The notes beneath the pieces were generated by a model, which searched no databases, was not told where the DNA came from, and was given only the letters and a program-made list of their open reading frames with translations. A DNA stretch of 64,000 nt from Candidatus Binatia bacterium. GTDB taxonomy: Bacteria; Desulfobacterota; Binatia; Bin18. This document shows positions 38,413-50,085 of the stretch, piece by piece (positions within the stretch are counted from its first letter, which is position 1; each line of letters starts with the position of its first letter). The stretch lies in NCBI GenBank assembly GCA_963666315.2, contig CAXXHG010000041.1, positions 27,625 to 91,624 on the forward strand. The letters run 5' to 3'. A program made the translations under genes and the position numbers.

Positions 38413-39309
38413 TCACACCTGCACCACCAGCCGTCCGTCCGATCGAAACGCTACGCTCATCGCCTCGGTATTGTAGACAAAGCCAGTTCGCCCAAAGGGA
38501 TCGAGCACAATGAGGCCCGCCTCGTGGAGCCCGGCCTCTCCGAGGCGCGCCTCCGCCTGTGTTTGTCTTTTGAGTATATCCAGGGCATTGTGAGCTGCTT
38601 GCAGCGGGTCTTTTCCACCCCGCATTAGCTCAACCACAGTACGGGCGAGCGTTACGCGAATGATGGCTTCTCCATCTCCGGTTGCTGAACAGGCGCCAAC
38701 CGTGCTGTCCGCATAGGTTCCTGCCCCAATAATAGCCGAGTCACCGACTCGACCCGATTGTTTATAGAAAACGCCGCCGGTTGAGGTCGCGACTGCCAAA
38801 CGGCCTGCTCGATCGAGAGCGACTGTGCCAACCGTACCTGGTTCGCCGTTGGTTCGTTGCGTTTGCCAGCGCTGTCGTTGGCGTTGTGTGACCAAGTCTT
38901 CTAGCGAGGTTTCAGGAAATCTTTGCTCCCGGGCAAGTCGCAGCGCGCCTTCCCCTACGAGGAAGACGTGCCGTTCGGTTTCCATGACGGCTTTGGCCAG
39001 CAGGATGGCATTCTTCACATTTTTAACTGCCCCAACGGCACCCGCCTGAAAGGTGGTCCCATCCATCAGTGCAGCATCAACCTCGACCGTTCCATCTTGT
39101 GTCAAACACGAGCCAAGACCAGCGTTAAATAATGGATGGTCTTCCAGCACGACTGTTGCCTGGACTACGGCATCCAGCGCTGAGCCGTCTTGAATAAGAA
39201 TTTTCCAGCCGGTTTCAAAGGCTGAAGACAAGCCTGCCCGACGGCCGGCTTGCAGCTCGGGCGGTGTGGCTGCGCCGGCGCCGCCGTGGATGATGAGGGC
39301 AGGAGTCAT
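38413..39309 (-). CDS. iaaA: isoaspartyl peptidase/L-asparaginase
   Basis: IIHGGAG, FNAGLGS, GTVG, ATSTGG, GRVGDS. Confidence 0.88.
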   Translation of the reverse strand: MTPALIIHGGAGAATPPELQAGRRAGLSSAFETGWKILIQDGSALDAVVQATVVLEDHPLFNAGLGSCLTQDGTVEVDAALMDGTTFQAGAVGAVKNVKNAILLAKAVMETERHVFLVGEGALRLAREQRFPETSLEDLVTQRQRQRWQTQRTNGEPGTVGTVALDRAGRLAVATSTGGVFYKQSGRVGDSAIIGAGTYADSTVGACSATGDGEAIIRVTLARTVVELMRGGKDPLQAAHNALDILKRQTQAEARLGEAGLHEAGLIVLDPFGRTGFVYNTEAMSVAFRSDGRLVVQV

Positions 39310-39434
39310 GAAGAGAATTGCATAGATCCAAAAACGTAGGAGCGCACGACCGTCATCAGTCACAACTTAAGCCTTAGTCGGGTTACTGGGCATTCTGCCC
39401 CCTCCAAGGAGGGGAGAAACTCGCTGACGCTAGC

Positions 39435-40592
39435 CTACAAATCCAACGTCTGAGCCACAATCTCGCGATGCGTTGGTGCGCTGCCGAACGCCGCTTCTGA
39501 GGCGAGTCCACGCCGATAGAATAAATGCATGTCGTGTTCCCAGGTAAAGCCTATGCCGCCATGCACCTGAATGGCTTCACTCGTCACGGTTTTGCACATA
39601 TCACTACAATACGCCTTGGCCATGGGCACGGCTTGGTTCGCCTCGTCCACGTTTTCATCAACCGTCCATGCCGCGTAATAGGTCAGCGAACGCGCATTTT
39701 CGACCTGAACCATCATGTCTACGCATTTATGTTTAATGGCCTGAAAGCTGCCGATGGGTTTGCCGAATTGCACGCGCTCTTTGGCATATTCCACGGCCAT
39801 ATCCAACGCCCGCTGCCCAGTGCCGACCATCTCGGTGCACAACCCGGCCATAGCGAGGTCCAGTACACGTTTGAGAATCGGCCAGCCTTTCCCCACCTCA
39901 CCGATTACGTGCGAGCCAGCCACGCCGACGTCTTGAAAGGCGACATGGCATTGGCGACGGGTCATATCAACGGTTTTCAGTTGAGTGACTTCAACCCCAG
40001 GCGATTTGGCATCAACCAGAAAGAGCGTAATACCGTCTTCGGGCGAACTCTCCGGACTTGCTGGGCCTGCTTGGCTCGTCCGAGCAGCAACGACAATATG
40101 GTCTGCTACATGGGCATCCGGCACGAACAACTTTTCTCCAGACAGCACAAAGTCACTGCCTTTGGCAGCTGCCTGCATGCTGATCCCACCGGCATCGTAC
40201 CGACCGCTCTTTTCTGCTTGAGCCAGGGTCATGAGCAATTCCCCCGCAGAGACCTTGGGCAGCAGCCTAGACTTCTGTTCGTCCGAACCCCCGACAAACA
40301 CCGCCGTACTGCCCAACAGCACGGTCGCGAAAAAGGGTCCCGGCATGAGCGACTTGCCCATCTCTTCCAGCACTACGACGAGGTCAAGAAAGCTCCCGCC
40401 TATGCCGCCGTATTCCTCAGGAATAAGAATCCCCATCCAACCCAGCCCAGCCACTTTCTTCCAGAGTTCAGTGGCATGCGCGCTGTCATCTTCCATCATC
40501 TTGCGCACGAAGGTAGTGGGACACTCAGCGTCGAGGAATTTGCGCGCTGAGTCCCGTAAGAGTTCTTGATCTTCACTAAAACCGAAATCCAT
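39435..40592 (-). CDS. acyl-CoA dehydrogenase
   Basis: ERVQFGKPIGSFQAIKH, QVHGGIGFTWE. Confidence 0.9.
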   Translation of the reverse strand: MDFGFSEDQELLRDSARKFLDAECPTTFVRKMMEDDSAHATELWKKVAGLGWMGILIPEEYGGIGGSFLDLVVVLEEMGKSLMPGPFFATVLLGSTAVFVGGSDEQKSRLLPKVSAGELLMTLAQAEKSGRYDAGGISMQAAAKGSDFVLSGEKLFVPDAHVADHIVVAARTSQAGPASPESSPEDGITLFLVDAKSPGVEVTQLKTVDMTRRQCHVAFQDVGVAGSHVIGEVGKGWPILKRVLDLAMAGLCTEMVGTGQRALDMAVEYAKERVQFGKPIGSFQAIKHKCVDMMVQVENARSLTYYAAWTVDENVDEANQAVPMAKAYCSDMCKTVTSEAIQVHGGIGFTWEHDMHLFYRRGLASEAAFGSAPTHREIVAQTLDL

Positions 40593-40602
40593 GCTTCCCC
40601 CT

Positions 40603-41787
40603 TTATCCCTTAGGCAGCCCTAACACACGCTCGCCAACAATATTCCGCATGATCTCCGAGGTCCCCCCGGCAATGGTGTATAACCGTGAACCGAGGGCGC
40701 GTCGGGCCCAGAAACCGTTATCAATGCCGCGCTCCTCGCCCAGCGCACACTGGCTGTACGGTCCCAGGAGTTCCATTCCAAAATGGGCCATGCGGATATA
40801 CAGCTCGCTGCCGGCCAGCTTGCTGATCGACCCTTCCGGTCCAGGCGGATTGCCTCTCAATTGTTGCGTGAGCTGACGATAGCCGTTGTATTTAAGCGCC
40901 TGGGTTTCCACATGGAACTGGGCAATCTTTTGGCGTACGTCCGGATCGCTGGCTGCCGTCTGGCCATTCAGCCCAAGCTCTTTGGCGAGCGCCTTTAGCT
41001 TGTCTAGCATGGGCTCCAAGTTATACACCATGCCGAAATTCGCCCGCTCGAACATGAGCGTTGTAATTGCCACTTGCCAGCCCTGATTACGTTCACCGAC
41101 CATATTGGCCTTGGGGACCCGTACGTCTTCAAAGAAGACTTCGTTGAATTCCGCATCGCCGGAGATCTGGACCAAAGGCCGAACGGTCACACCGGGTGAA
41201 TGCATGTCGACTAATAGATAGGACAAGCCTTTGTGTTTGGGAGCATCCGGGTCAGTTCGAACAACCAGGATGCAGTAATGCGCTTTATGCGCAAAGCTCG
41301 TCCACACTTTTTGGCCGTTGACCACAAAGTCATCACCATCATCGACTGCGCGCGTTTGGAGCGATGCTAAGTCCGAGCCTGCGCCCGGCTCGGAATAGCC
41401 CTGACACCACAGCTCTTCAGCGCTCAGGATCTTGGGCACATAACGTTTTTTCTGCTCGTCCGTCCCCCAATGCATCAGGGTTGGCGCGACCAGCGAAATG
41501 CCGAGCGGATTGGCCAGCCCGGGTGCACGCACGCGGGCCATCTCTTGCTGGTAGATACTCTGCTCCATGATGGTCGCGCCACGACCGCCGTATTCTTCGG
41601 GCCAGTGTATGCCGACCCAGCCAGCACTGTGGAGCTTCTTCTGCCAGTCGAGTTTGATCTGAAAGCGTTCTTCCTGATTGATAATCTCAAAGGTGTCCGG
41701 GTCATACCTGTCCGGCGCATGCTCTTCGAGCCACGAACACAGTTCCCGCCGAAAGGCTTCTTCTTGTTGGGAATAATCAAAATCCAC
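40603..41787 (-). CDS. acyl-CoA dehydrogenase (partner subunit)
   Basis: WCQGYSEPGAGSDLASL, NGQKVWTS, IAGGTSEI. Confidence 0.9.
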   Translation of the reverse strand: MDFDYSQQEEAFRRELCSWLEEHAPDRYDPDTFEIINQEERFQIKLDWQKKLHSAGWVGIHWPEEYGGRGATIMEQSIYQQEMARVRAPGLANPLGISLVAPTLMHWGTDEQKKRYVPKILSAEELWCQGYSEPGAGSDLASLQTRAVDDGDDFVVNGQKVWTSFAHKAHYCILVVRTDPDAPKHKGLSYLLVDMHSPGVTVRPLVQISGDAEFNEVFFEDVRVPKANMVGERNQGWQVAITTLMFERANFGMVYNLEPMLDKLKALAKELGLNGQTAASDPDVRQKIAQFHVETQALKYNGYRQLTQQLRGNPPGPEGSISKLAGSELYIRMAHFGMELLGPYSQCALGEERGIDNGFWARRALGSRLYTIAGGTSEIMRNIVGERVLGLPKG

Positions 41788-41888
41788 GCTGTACTCCTGT
41801 GGAAAGGGAATATCGCGGGTAAATTATAGTTTTTGGCCAGGGGAAAGGAAAGGGGTGAGGGAGAAGAGTTTTTCTACTTCTTAATCAT

Positions 41889-42111
41889 GTAGCCTGGATG
41901 AAGTGTCAACGGAATTCGGGATTTCCCTAACATCCCGGATTTCACTTCGTTCCATCCAGGCGACATTTCTATGGCGGACGGTAGGCCTGAGTAGGATTGT
42001 TCCCAGCACAAATTACAAGTTGAGGGACCTTTAATTGCTGGACTTCTCCTTGACATCAAACAGTTCACAGACTTGTAGCCTGGATGAAGTGTCAACGGAA
42101 TCCGGGATTGC
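41889..42111. repeat. GTAG-family REP cluster
   Basis: GTAGCCTGGATGAAGTGTCAACGGAATyCGGG at 41889 and 42075, with an inverted partner near 41934-41964. Confidence 0.8.
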
Positions 42112-42198
42112 CTTTGACAGTTTCCTAACTTCAGCTAGCGATATACGCATTGATGGGCGACGGAAGAACCCCGCTTGGCGGGCTAGGCGCACTCCCCA

Positions 42199-42429
42199 CT
42201 ACCGGGAGCTGTGGTCAGTGATTGAGAGAGGCGTCGTATCTGTCTGAGCGGTAGAACGTGCTGGTTGGTGCTCGGTCTGACCAGTTGAAATTGAGAAGCT
42301 GTGGCCATTCACTGTCTTTTTTAGCTTCCTGGGAAGTATCCGCCCCGAGGAGAGGTCTCGGAATCGCTTTCGCGCCTTGCGAGCAGCCTGGATAAGATCC
42401 GTCTCGTCATTCTCGTAGTTTTTCACCAT
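42199..42429 (-). CDS. hypothetical basic protein
   Basis: ATG 14 nt after the preceding stop; no motif. Confidence 0.45.
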   Translation of the reverse strand: MVKNYENDETDLIQAARKARKRFRDLSSGRILPRKLKKTVNGHSFSISTGQTEHQPARSTAQTDTTPLSITDHSSR

Positions 42430-42442
42430 AACGTCCAGCTAC

Positions 42443-43633
42443 CTACCCGTCTTCTACACTCCTCAGAATATTAAGACAATCGACCAGAATATCAAGGAGT
42501 GGAACCGCAAGTGGATAAAAGTGAGTTACTGGGTCTAGACGAGAAGCCAGCAGGTCCGGTTTATTCAAATAGAGAGTTAACACACCCACATCCGGGTTCT
42601 CGCTCTCCGGATTGAGGAGGGGGAGAGAAACGAAGCTGCGTATCAATTTGTTATTAGTCTGAAAAAATTGTTGGAATTCTGCGACAACTTCATCAGCCCA
42701 ATTACCATTCTTTTTACACCATTTTCCTATATCTCCTACATCGGCGTATCCAGCTAAGTCTCTACTCACGATAGCCATGGGGGCGCCGGGAAGCGCCTTC
42801 CATTTGTCCGTGTCAGACTTGGCTTGACGCGGTACAGGCATCGCGAGGGGATCTGGTATCCATCCCGTATCATTGTCCTCGCCATCGGATGGATTGTCCT
42901 CGTCATCGGATGGGCGGTGTGTTAGATCTAGACGCAGATCAAGAACACCCCGAAGATTCTCTAAGGCAGTCTCCTCGTCCACGAACTTGAGGCGCTCGCG
43001 CACCTTAGTCTTCTGCCCTTCAGAGAGCAGCTCAATCGGTCTAAATAATAAGACAAGTGCACCGTAGCCGGCAGCGTCACGATCATCAAAGTGCTTGGCG
43101 AGCGAGACGATGCCTCCTACGACAGCGTTGATTATCTTACGCACTTCAGTAATGCTTGGGTTTTGCCTCTTGTGGAGTTCGGCACAAAGCGCGTTGCTTT
43201 TCGCATAGATATCCATGAATCGTGGAAGAAACCCAGGCGTAACGGTAAGTATCAAATTTTCGAGGTCTCGCGTCCGGGCATCAAACCGCTCCTCAGCCTT
43301 CCGACGGCTCTTCTCTTGCGCATTCTGTCTGAGGAAGAAAAGTCCCGCTGTAAAGCCAGCAACGATCCAGAACCAATCTGCTGCCGCTGCGTGTGAAGGG
43401 ACCGGAACGTTAACAGCAAGGTCCTCCGGCCGGATCAAAGAAAGAGGGAAAGTCGACCCAAGCGTCCGCGAATACACCGAGCCGATAGCGCCTGCGGACA
43501 AGGCAGTTAACGTCATGAGAGCGCCAGCCCAGGGTGTCAAGGCAAGGTCTTCCCACCATGTCAGTGTCGTCTCCGCGGTCAGTGCCGTTTCCGCGTGAGC
43601 CGCATCACCCGGCATGGGGTTCGCCGTATGCAC
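42443..43633 (-). CDS. hypothetical membrane protein with possible GAF-like C-terminal domain
   Basis: 396-aa ORF; two N-terminal hydrophobic segments; RSFVSLPL..DVGVLTL. Confidence 0.65.
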   Translation of the reverse strand: MHTANPMPGDAAHAETALTAETTLTWWEDLALTPWAGALMTLTALSAGAIGSVYSRTLGSTFPLSLIRPEDLAVNVPVPSHAAAADWFWIVAGFTAGLFFLRQNAQEKSRRKAEERFDARTRDLENLILTVTPGFLPRFMDIYAKSNALCAELHKRQNPSITEVRKIINAVVGGIVSLAKHFDDRDAAGYGALVLLFRPIELLSEGQKTKVRERLKFVDEETALENLRGVLDLRLDLTHRPSDDEDNPSDGEDNDTGWIPDPLAMPVPRQAKSDTDKWKALPGAPMAIVSRDLAGYADVGDIGKWCKKNGNWADEVVAEFQQFFQTNNKLIRSFVSLPLLNPESENPDVGVLTLYLNKPDLLASRLDPVTHFYPLAVPLLDILVDCLNILRSVEDG

Positions 43634-43963
43634 CGCGACGCAGTAAAACCTATCCGGCTAAAAAAGTCAAACATAATTAAAGGGCTGCATTATTTAATGC
43701 ATACAGTAAGCCCTTGGCATGAATCGATCTTTTATAACTATAGCATCTTGCCCTGAGGAGAAAAAATCTGCCGCATTCTATTTCCCCGGCATCTGCCCGA
43801 GCACATCTTCTAGCTCAGAGCCCAGCTCCCCATGGCCGCTGCAATACGCAGAATCGCCACAAAGAGCACCAAATCGCAGGGTGCCAGTGAACCGGCCCAT
43901 GCGCGTTCCTGGACGAGAGCCGTCAGGCAGGTCTAGGACGACGCACACGCCTGCCGCATCTTC

Positions 43964-44035
43964 CACAGACTTGTAGCCTGGATGGAGTGTCAACGGAATC
44001 CGGGATTGCTCCTACCACTTCGTTTCATCCAGGCT
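43964..44035. repeat. GTAG-family REP copy
   Basis: 46-bp direct repeat of 42066-42111 (1 mismatch) plus an inverted CATCCAGGCT. Confidence 0.8.
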
Positions 44036-44078
44036 CTGATATTTGCTATAGTGCCAGCCGATCCAAAAAGGAAACTTT

Positions 44079-45189
44079 ATGGCCGAACACATATTACACA
44101 CGCCGCTGTGCGACATCCTAGGCATCAAATACCCGATTCTGCTAGCAGGCATGGGTGGTGCATCAACACCGGAGTTAGCTGCGGCGGTGTCTAACGCCGG
44201 CGGGTTGGGCATTCTTGGTGCGGCTGCTTTGAGTCCGGATGAATTGTCGGAATGGATCACCCGGACGCGCAAGTTGACGGACAAGCCGTTTGGCGTTGAT
44301 ACCTTGCTGCCGGCCAAGGTTCCTTCGGGCGGGTCAAAATCGGCAATGCGAGCCAAATTGCCACAAGCGCATATTGATTTTGCCAAGAGCTTTAAAGAAC
44401 GCCACAACATTCCGAACCCTGACCCTAAAAAATACCCTTCGCGCGGCGGCTTTGCCCTGTCAAAAGATTTTTTCAAAAAACAAATTGCAGTGATTTTAGA
44501 CGAAAAGGTCCCGGTGTATGTGGCCGGTCTGGGCGACCCGTCATTCATTCTTGAAGATGCGCATGCGCGCGACATGAAAGTCATGGCCATTGCCGGAGCA
44601 GTCAAACACGCCAAGCGGTTTCAAGAAGGCGGCGTGGATATCATCATGGCCCAAGGCACGGACGGCGGCGGGCATAGCGGCCGGATCGGGACTATGGTCT
44701 TGGTTCCGCAGGTAGTGGATGCCGTCAGTCCCACCCCGGTTGTGGCCGCAGGCGGTATTGCCGACGGTCGCGGTCTGGTGGCAGCGCTTGCATTAGGCGC
44801 GGTCGGCATATGGTGCGGCACGCCGTTCCTGCCTACACCTGAGTCCGGTATCGATGACTTCCAAAAAAGAAGCTATTGTGGAAGCTGCCAGTGAAGATGC
44901 CATTATTAGCCGCTGCATGACCGGCAAGCCGGTGCGACAGCTCAAAAATAAATGGGTCGAGGAATTTGAGGCGTCCGGACTGGATGCCTTGCCCATGCCG
45001 TTTCAAGGATTTATTTCCTTGCCCGTCCTTGAAGCCGCCCGGCAGGCAAAGATGAAAGATATTTATCCTGGCATCGCCGGACAGTCGGTCGGACTGCTCA
45101 AGAGCATACGGCCGGCCAAAGAAGTTTTTGAGGGGATAGTGACACAGGCGCAGCGCGTTTTAAACGAACGGTTTCCACAGGCGGTTTAG
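44079..45189 (+). pseudogene. nitronate monooxygenase/FabK-like flavoenzyme, frameshift in A6 tract 44863-44868
   Basis: PILLAGMGG, AQGTDGGGH, AAGGIADGRG; C-terminus (TGKPVR, AGQSVG) is in the +1 frame. Confidence 0.8.
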
Positions 45190-45293
45190 GCCGAGTATTA
45201 CCCCACTCCCTTATCCCTATCCCCAGCCCCGGCTTGACACCCTGCCCTCGCGCTGACTAATTGTCACCGAAATCTTTAGGATCGGGGGTCCGG

Positions 45294-47012
45294 GTGCGCT
45301 ATCGCCAAACATTCATCCCGACATTACGCGAAGATCCGGCGGAAGCCGAAGTGATTAGCCATAAACTCTTGCTGCGCGCTGGTATGATGCGCCAGGTCGC
45401 GCGCGGTATTTACAACTTTCTCCCGCTGGGGTTGCGCGTTGTTCGCAAAGTCGAAAACATCGTGCGCGAGGAAATGAACCGCGCCGGCGCCCAAGAGATC
45501 CTCATGCCTGCGCTGTGTCCGGCTGAGCTGTGGCAAGAGAGCGGACGCTGGGACCTGTACGGGAGAGAGCTGCTGCGTATCAAGGATCGGCACAAGCGTG
45601 ACTTCTGCTTTGGTCCGACCCACGAGGAAGTGGTAACCGATATTGTTCGGGGTGAGATTCGCTCCTATCGCGACCTGCCGGTCAATCTGTATCAAATACA
45701 GACTAAATTTCGGGACGAGGTGCGGCCGCGCTTCGGCCTCATGCGCGGCCGAGAATTCATCATGAAGGACGCCTACTCCTTTCATACCGACCTGGAAGAC
45801 TGCCAGCGTGAATACCGAAACATGTATGATGCCTACGGCCGCATCTTTGACCGCTGTGGTTTAACCTATCGCCCGGTTGAAGCGGACACTGGGCCCATAG
45901 GCGGGAGTATGTCACACGAATTCCAGGTGCTGGCTGATTCCGGTGAAGACGCCATCGTCAGTTGTGACTCGTGCGATTATGCGGCCAATGTCGAAAAGGC
46001 CGAGCTGGCCCCACCGCCCGGCCCGCTGTCCACGCGCAGCGCAATTCTCACAAAAGTGGACACGCCCGACCAGCGGACCATTGAGGAAGTCTCGTCTTTT
46101 CTCGGCGAGCCGCCGGAGCATTTCGTCAAAACCCTACTGTATGTCACGGATACTGATACCGCTGTTGCCGCCTTGGTCCGTGGCGATCACGAGCTGAGCG
46201 AGCCCAAACTCAAAAACGTACTGGGCTGTCAGTGGGTCGCGCTGGCCGACGAAGCAACCGTCCGACAAGCAACCGGCGCACCGACCGGCTTTGCTGGACC
46301 GATTAATATCAAAGCAACCCTGATCAGTGACCTAGCCTTACGCGGAGAAAAAGGCCTGGTGTGCGGCGCGAACGAGCCAGACGCCCACTTGACCGGTCTT
46401 GATCAAGAGCGCGACCTACCTACGCTACAATTCGCGGATCTCCATCGGGCGACGGCCGGCGACCCCTGTCCGCGCTGTCAGAAAGGCACGTTCACCGCTC
46501 ATCGCGGCATTGAAGTCGGCCAGACATTTTATCTTGGCACCAAGTATAGCCAGGCCATGAATGCTACCTATTTGGATGCCAAGGGCGAACAACGTCCGAT
46601 GGAAATGGGCTGCTACGGCATAGGCATCACGCGTACAGTCGCGGCAGCGATTGAACAAAACCACGATGACGCCGGCATCATCTGGCCGAAACCGCTCGCC
46701 CCGGCAGACGTACATATTGTTCCGCTCAATTGGAATGACGAGACAACGCGCAATACCGCCGAGGATGTATATGCGAAATTGCAGCGTGCGGGGACCGACG
46801 TCTTATTTGATGATCGTGAGGAGCGGCCGGGAGTGAAGTTTAAAGACGCGGATCTCTTAGGCCTGCCCTTGCGGGTCACTATCGGCGGCAAATCCTTAGC
46901 CCGGGGTGTTGTGGAATTAAAGCAACGCGCTGACGGAACTATGACGGAAGTTCCCGTAGCGCAGGCCGTCGAAGCCATACGAAACGCTGTCCAAAGCCGA
47001 GATCTAGCGTAG
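45294..47012 (+). CDS. proS: proline--tRNA ligase
   Basis: PTHEE, FRDEVRPRFGLMRGREFIMKDAYSF, editing domain, GCYGIG. Confidence 0.97.
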   Translation: MRYRQTFIPTLREDPAEAEVISHKLLLRAGMMRQVARGIYNFLPLGLRVVRKVENIVREEMNRAGAQEILMPALCPAELWQESGRWDLYGRELLRIKDRHKRDFCFGPTHEEVVTDIVRGEIRSYRDLPVNLYQIQTKFRDEVRPRFGLMRGREFIMKDAYSFHTDLEDCQREYRNMYDAYGRIFDRCGLTYRPVEADTGPIGGSMSHEFQVLADSGEDAIVSCDSCDYAANVEKAELAPPPGPLSTRSAILTKVDTPDQRTIEEVSSFLGEPPEHFVKTLLYVTDTDTAVAALVRGDHELSEPKLKNVLGCQWVALADEATVRQATGAPTGFAGPINIKATLISDLALRGEKGLVCGANEPDAHLTGLDQERDLPTLQFADLHRATAGDPCPRCQKGTFTAHRGIEVGQTFYLGTKYSQAMNATYLDAKGEQRPMEMGCYGIGITRTVAAAIEQNHDDAGIIWPKPLAPADVHIVPLNWNDETTRNTAEDVYAKLQRAGTDVLFDDREERPGVKFKDADLLGLPLRVTIGGKSLARGVVELKQRADGTMTEVPVAQAVEAIRNAVQSRDLA

Positions 47013-47025
47013 GGATAAGGCGCGT

Positions 47026-47943
47026 ATGGCCATTCCGCCTCTCGGCAAAGAAAAGAAAAACGAACCGGCACGACAAAGTAAAGCTGGCGAAGCGGGCGAA
47101 TCCGCCAAAACCGTCCAGGCAATACGGCGTCGGTTGATCTTCCCGCTTGATGTTGCATCACTCTCCGAGGTTGACCGTTATGTCGATCTGCTGGTGGACG
47201 AAGTGGGTCTTTTTAAGGTCGGCAAACAGCTCTTCGTGCATGCCGGTCCAGACGTCGTGCGGCGTATTCAGGCCAAGGGCGGTGCAGTCTTTCTGGACCT
47301 CAAGTTCCACGATATTCCGCGCACGGTCGCTCTGGCAGCGACCGAAGCAGCCCGTCTCGAAGTAAAGATGCTGACCCTGCATGCCTCCGGCGGAGCACAG
47401 ATGATGCAGCACGCGCAAAGCGCCGTCCGCAAGGTGTGTCGGTCAGAACACCTTGCCCAACCGACCTTGCTCGCCGTCACCGTACTCACCAGCCTCAACC
47501 GGGACGACCTCAAACAAACCGGGGTTGGTGCCGCAGTCGCTACCCAGGTTGTGCGTTTAGCGAAACTTGCGCAACAGGCAGGAATCAGCGGTCTTGTAGC
47601 CTCGCCACACGAGATCACCGCTCTTCGGCGTGCATGTGGCAAAAAACTGACCTTAGTCATTCCAGGCGTCCGCTCTCAAGGGGACGCAACCGACGACCAA
47701 AAACGAGTACTGACACCAAGCCAGGCTATGCGAGCGGGCGCTGACTATATTGTTGTCGGCAAACCCATTCGCGATGCCCAAGACCCCAGGCAGGCTGCAC
47801 GGCGCATCGTAGAGGAAATGGAAGACGGGCTACGCGAGACAAGCAAGGCCATCAAATCTGTCAAATCCGCCACACCCACGACAGCGGCTTCATCACGACA
47901 GCGTCCCAAGCGATCACGGCACCTGCTGCGTCGTTCCAAATAA
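47026..47943 (+). CDS. pyrF: orotidine-5'-phosphate decarboxylase
   Basis: FLDLKFHDIPRT, VTVLTS, PGVR, DDQKR. Confidence 0.95.
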   Translation: MAIPPLGKEKKNEPARQSKAGEAGESAKTVQAIRRRLIFPLDVASLSEVDRYVDLLVDEVGLFKVGKQLFVHAGPDVVRRIQAKGGAVFLDLKFHDIPRTVALAATEAARLEVKMLTLHASGGAQMMQHAQSAVRKVCRSEHLAQPTLLAVTVLTSLNRDDLKQTGVGAAVATQVVRLAKLAQQAGISGLVASPHEITALRRACGKKLTLVIPGVRSQGDATDDQKRVLTPSQAMRAGADYIVVGKPIRDAQDPRQAARRIVEEMEDGLRETSKAIKSVKSATPTTAASSRQRPKRSRHLLRRSK

Positions 47944-48001
47944 GAGGCTGGGACAAGACGCAATCATTTTCTTGACTGCAAAACAGCCTGTTCTATCGCG
48001 C

Positions 48002-48307
48002 TCATGAAGATTTTGCCGGAGCACGGAACCGATACACGAGTTCGTTTTGGCGTACAAAGCCCAGCCCCTCACGCACGACTTTCTCAAGGAACTCATCATC
48101 GGTGTGAAGACGCTGAATCCTATCATTAAGATCGGCATTGTCACGCAGTAGAGACCTGACTTGCGTCTCCCACTCGCGCTGCTCTTGGGTCAACCGTAAG
48201 AGATGCAAGAGTCCGAGCTGACCACAGACGGTTGAGTATATGAGCAACCCGTACAGCACAAGAACTGTCGGCAACGATACCCACCGCACCACCACCATCC
48301 ACCCCAT
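48002..48307 (-). CDS. ftsB: septum formation initiator FtsB/DivIC family
   Basis: TM segment, G..G, coiled coil, LEKVVREGLGFVRQNELVY. Confidence 0.75.
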   Translation of the reverse strand: MGWMVVVRWVSLPTVLVLYGLLIYSTVCGQLGLLHLLRLTQEQREWETQVRSLLRDNADLNDRIQRLHTDDEFLEKVVREGLGFVRQNELVYRFRAPAKSS

Positions 48308-48311
48308 GTGA

Positions 48312-49685
<1,374 letters not shown>

Positions 49686-49819
49686 CAATTTGTTTCTGGT
49701 CGTTTTTTTGTTGCAGCATGGAGACTAATCTGATAAAAAAGAATGCAAATGGGCCTCCGCCTCAAAGGCATGGTTCACACTCGTAAGGGGTTCCCACACT
49801 CATAACCAAGGAGGCCACT

Positions 49820-50011
49820 ATGGCTGCAGCGAAAAAGAAAGCCGCTACGAAAGCGGTAAAGAAGGTTGTCAAGAAAGCGGTAAAGAAAGTCCCGACCAAG
49901 AAAGCCCCGGCCAAGAAAGCCCCGGCCAAGAAAGCCCCGGCCAAGAAAGCCCCGGCCAAGAAAGCCCCGGCTAAAAAAGCCGCCAAAAAGAAAACGGCGC
50001 GGCGGCGCTAA
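49820..50011 (+). CDS. histone H1-like Lys/Ala-rich protein
   Basis: AGGAGG RBS; KKAPA x5 encoded by 15-bp tandem repeats; terminator follows. Confidence 0.8.
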   Translation: MAAAKKKAATKAVKKVVKKAVKKVPTKKAPAKKAPAKKAPAKKAPAKKAPAKKAAKKKTARRR

Positions 50012-50047
50012 GCGCAGCGGCGCTACACGAGGCGGAGAACCCCCAAG

Positions 50048-50074
50048 AAAAAAGGCCCCAAGCGGGCCTTTTTT
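50048..50074 (+). terminator. bidirectional intrinsic terminator
   Basis: AAAAAAGGCCC-CAAGC-GGGCCTTTTTT. Confidence 0.8.
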
Positions 50075-50085
50075 CTTTTGTGTAT

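Noticed and set aside
38510-38555. Degenerate 15-bp triplication in iaaA (EARLG-EAGLH-EAGLI)
   Set aside because: In-frame small duplication with no evident functional signal
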